Part shown: piece after piece, positions 63,070-64,000 of the stretch
How the letters are laid out: each line of letters starts with the position of its first letter
How positions within the stretch are numbered: the first letter of the stretch is position 1
Source: Mobula hypostoma
Taxonomy: Eukaryota
DNA: 64,000 nt
Assembly (NCBI RefSeq): GCF_963921235.1
Contig: NC_086104.1
Span: 68,138,001-68,202,000, forward strand
Direction of reading: 5' to 3'
Position numbers and translations under genes: made by a program
Notes under the pieces: generated by a model
The model's database searches: none
What the model was told of the DNA's origin: nothing
Seen by the model: the letters and a program-made list of their open reading frames with translations, nothing else

Positions 63070-64000
63070 CTATATTTAAGTTTGACAACACTACTTTTGT
63101 TTGCTGAATCAAAGGTGGTGGTGAATTGGCATATAGAGGGAGATTGAAAATCTGGATGAATAGTGCCACAACAGTAACCTCCAACTCAACGTCAACAAAA
63201 CCAAAGAGTTGATTATTGATGACAGGAGGAATAAACTGGAGGTCCATGAGCCAGTCCTTATTAGGGGATCCGAGGTGGAAAGGGTCAGAAACTTTAAATT
63301 TCTTATCATAATCATTTCAGGGGATCTGTCCTGGGACCAACATGCAAAGAAGCTACAACAGCGCCTCGACTTCCTTAAAAGTTTGCGCAGATATGGCACG
63401 TCATCTAAAACCCTAACAAACTCCAATAAATGTACAGTGAAGAGTATCCTGATTGGTTGCATCATGGTCTGGTATGGAAACACCAGTGCCCAAGAAAAGA
63501 AAAGCCTACAAAAAGTGGTGGATGCAGCCCAGTCCAGAGGAAAAGCTCTCTCCACCATTGAGCTCATCTATACAGAGCGCTGCCACAAGAAAGCAGCATC
63601 CTTCATCAACGACACCCACCATCCAGGCCATACTCTCTTCTCACTGCTGCCATTGGGAAGGAGGTACAGGAGCCTAAGATCCCACAAACTAGGTTTAGGA
63701 ACAGTTACTACCCTACAACCATCCAACTCTTGAATCGGCATGAATTACTTCACTCAACATTGTACTGATTCACAACCAATGGACTCACTTTCAATAACTT
63801 TATAACTTATGTTCACAATATTATTTATTCATCTGCCACTAATCTATTTGTTATTTATTCATTGATTGATTATTTTTCTTCGATTTTTTTGAATTTGCAG
63901 CTCGTCTTTTGCACATTGATTGCTTTTCAGTCATTGATTCTGTTGTATTTCTTTGTTCTACTGTGAATAGCTGCAGGAAAATGAATCTCAGGGTAGTATA
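63070..64000 (+). mobile_element. Rex1/Babar LINE 3' region
   Basis: ORF 63209-63733 EVERVRNFKFL...KTLTN..CTVKSILIGCIMVWYGN...HHPGHTLFSLLPLGRRYRS. Confidence 0.88.

Noticed and set aside
61826-64000. Next upstream NUP133 exon
   Set aside because: No segment with NUP133-like sequence and splice sites was found; it probably lies beyond the window.

Overview
Eukaryotic, intron-rich vertebrate DNA; the repeat content (CR1, Rex1/Babar, V-SINE, Penelope-like) suggests a cartilaginous fish, probably a ray (inference). Three protein-coding genes were assembled by hand with GT-AG boundaries and consistent phases: CCSAP (+, 3 coding exons, 18157-27132, 297 aa), PDCD2 (+, 5 coding exons, 34653-44023, 349 aa) and the 3' half of NUP133 (-, 14 exons, 61825-45922; 5' part lies beyond the window). 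Most of the rest is transposon-derived: CR1, Rex1/Babar and Nimb/I LINEs, three solo LTRs, a Gypsy remnant and a fold-back Tc1. Main points of interest: (1) dispersed Penelope-derived minimal hammerhead-ribozyme cassettes, including a TSD-flanked inverted double-hammerhead whose host-sense copy is mutated; (2) a 3.1-kb G-rich ~40-bp minisatellite with higher-order structure lying between two promoter-like modules of CCSAP; (3) a multi-level nested insertion dated by TSDs; (4) PDCD2 with an apparently lost intron, a LINE 3' end ~60 bp upstream of its ATG, and a gene order unlike human. Family names and human comparisons come from recalled knowledge, not database searches.
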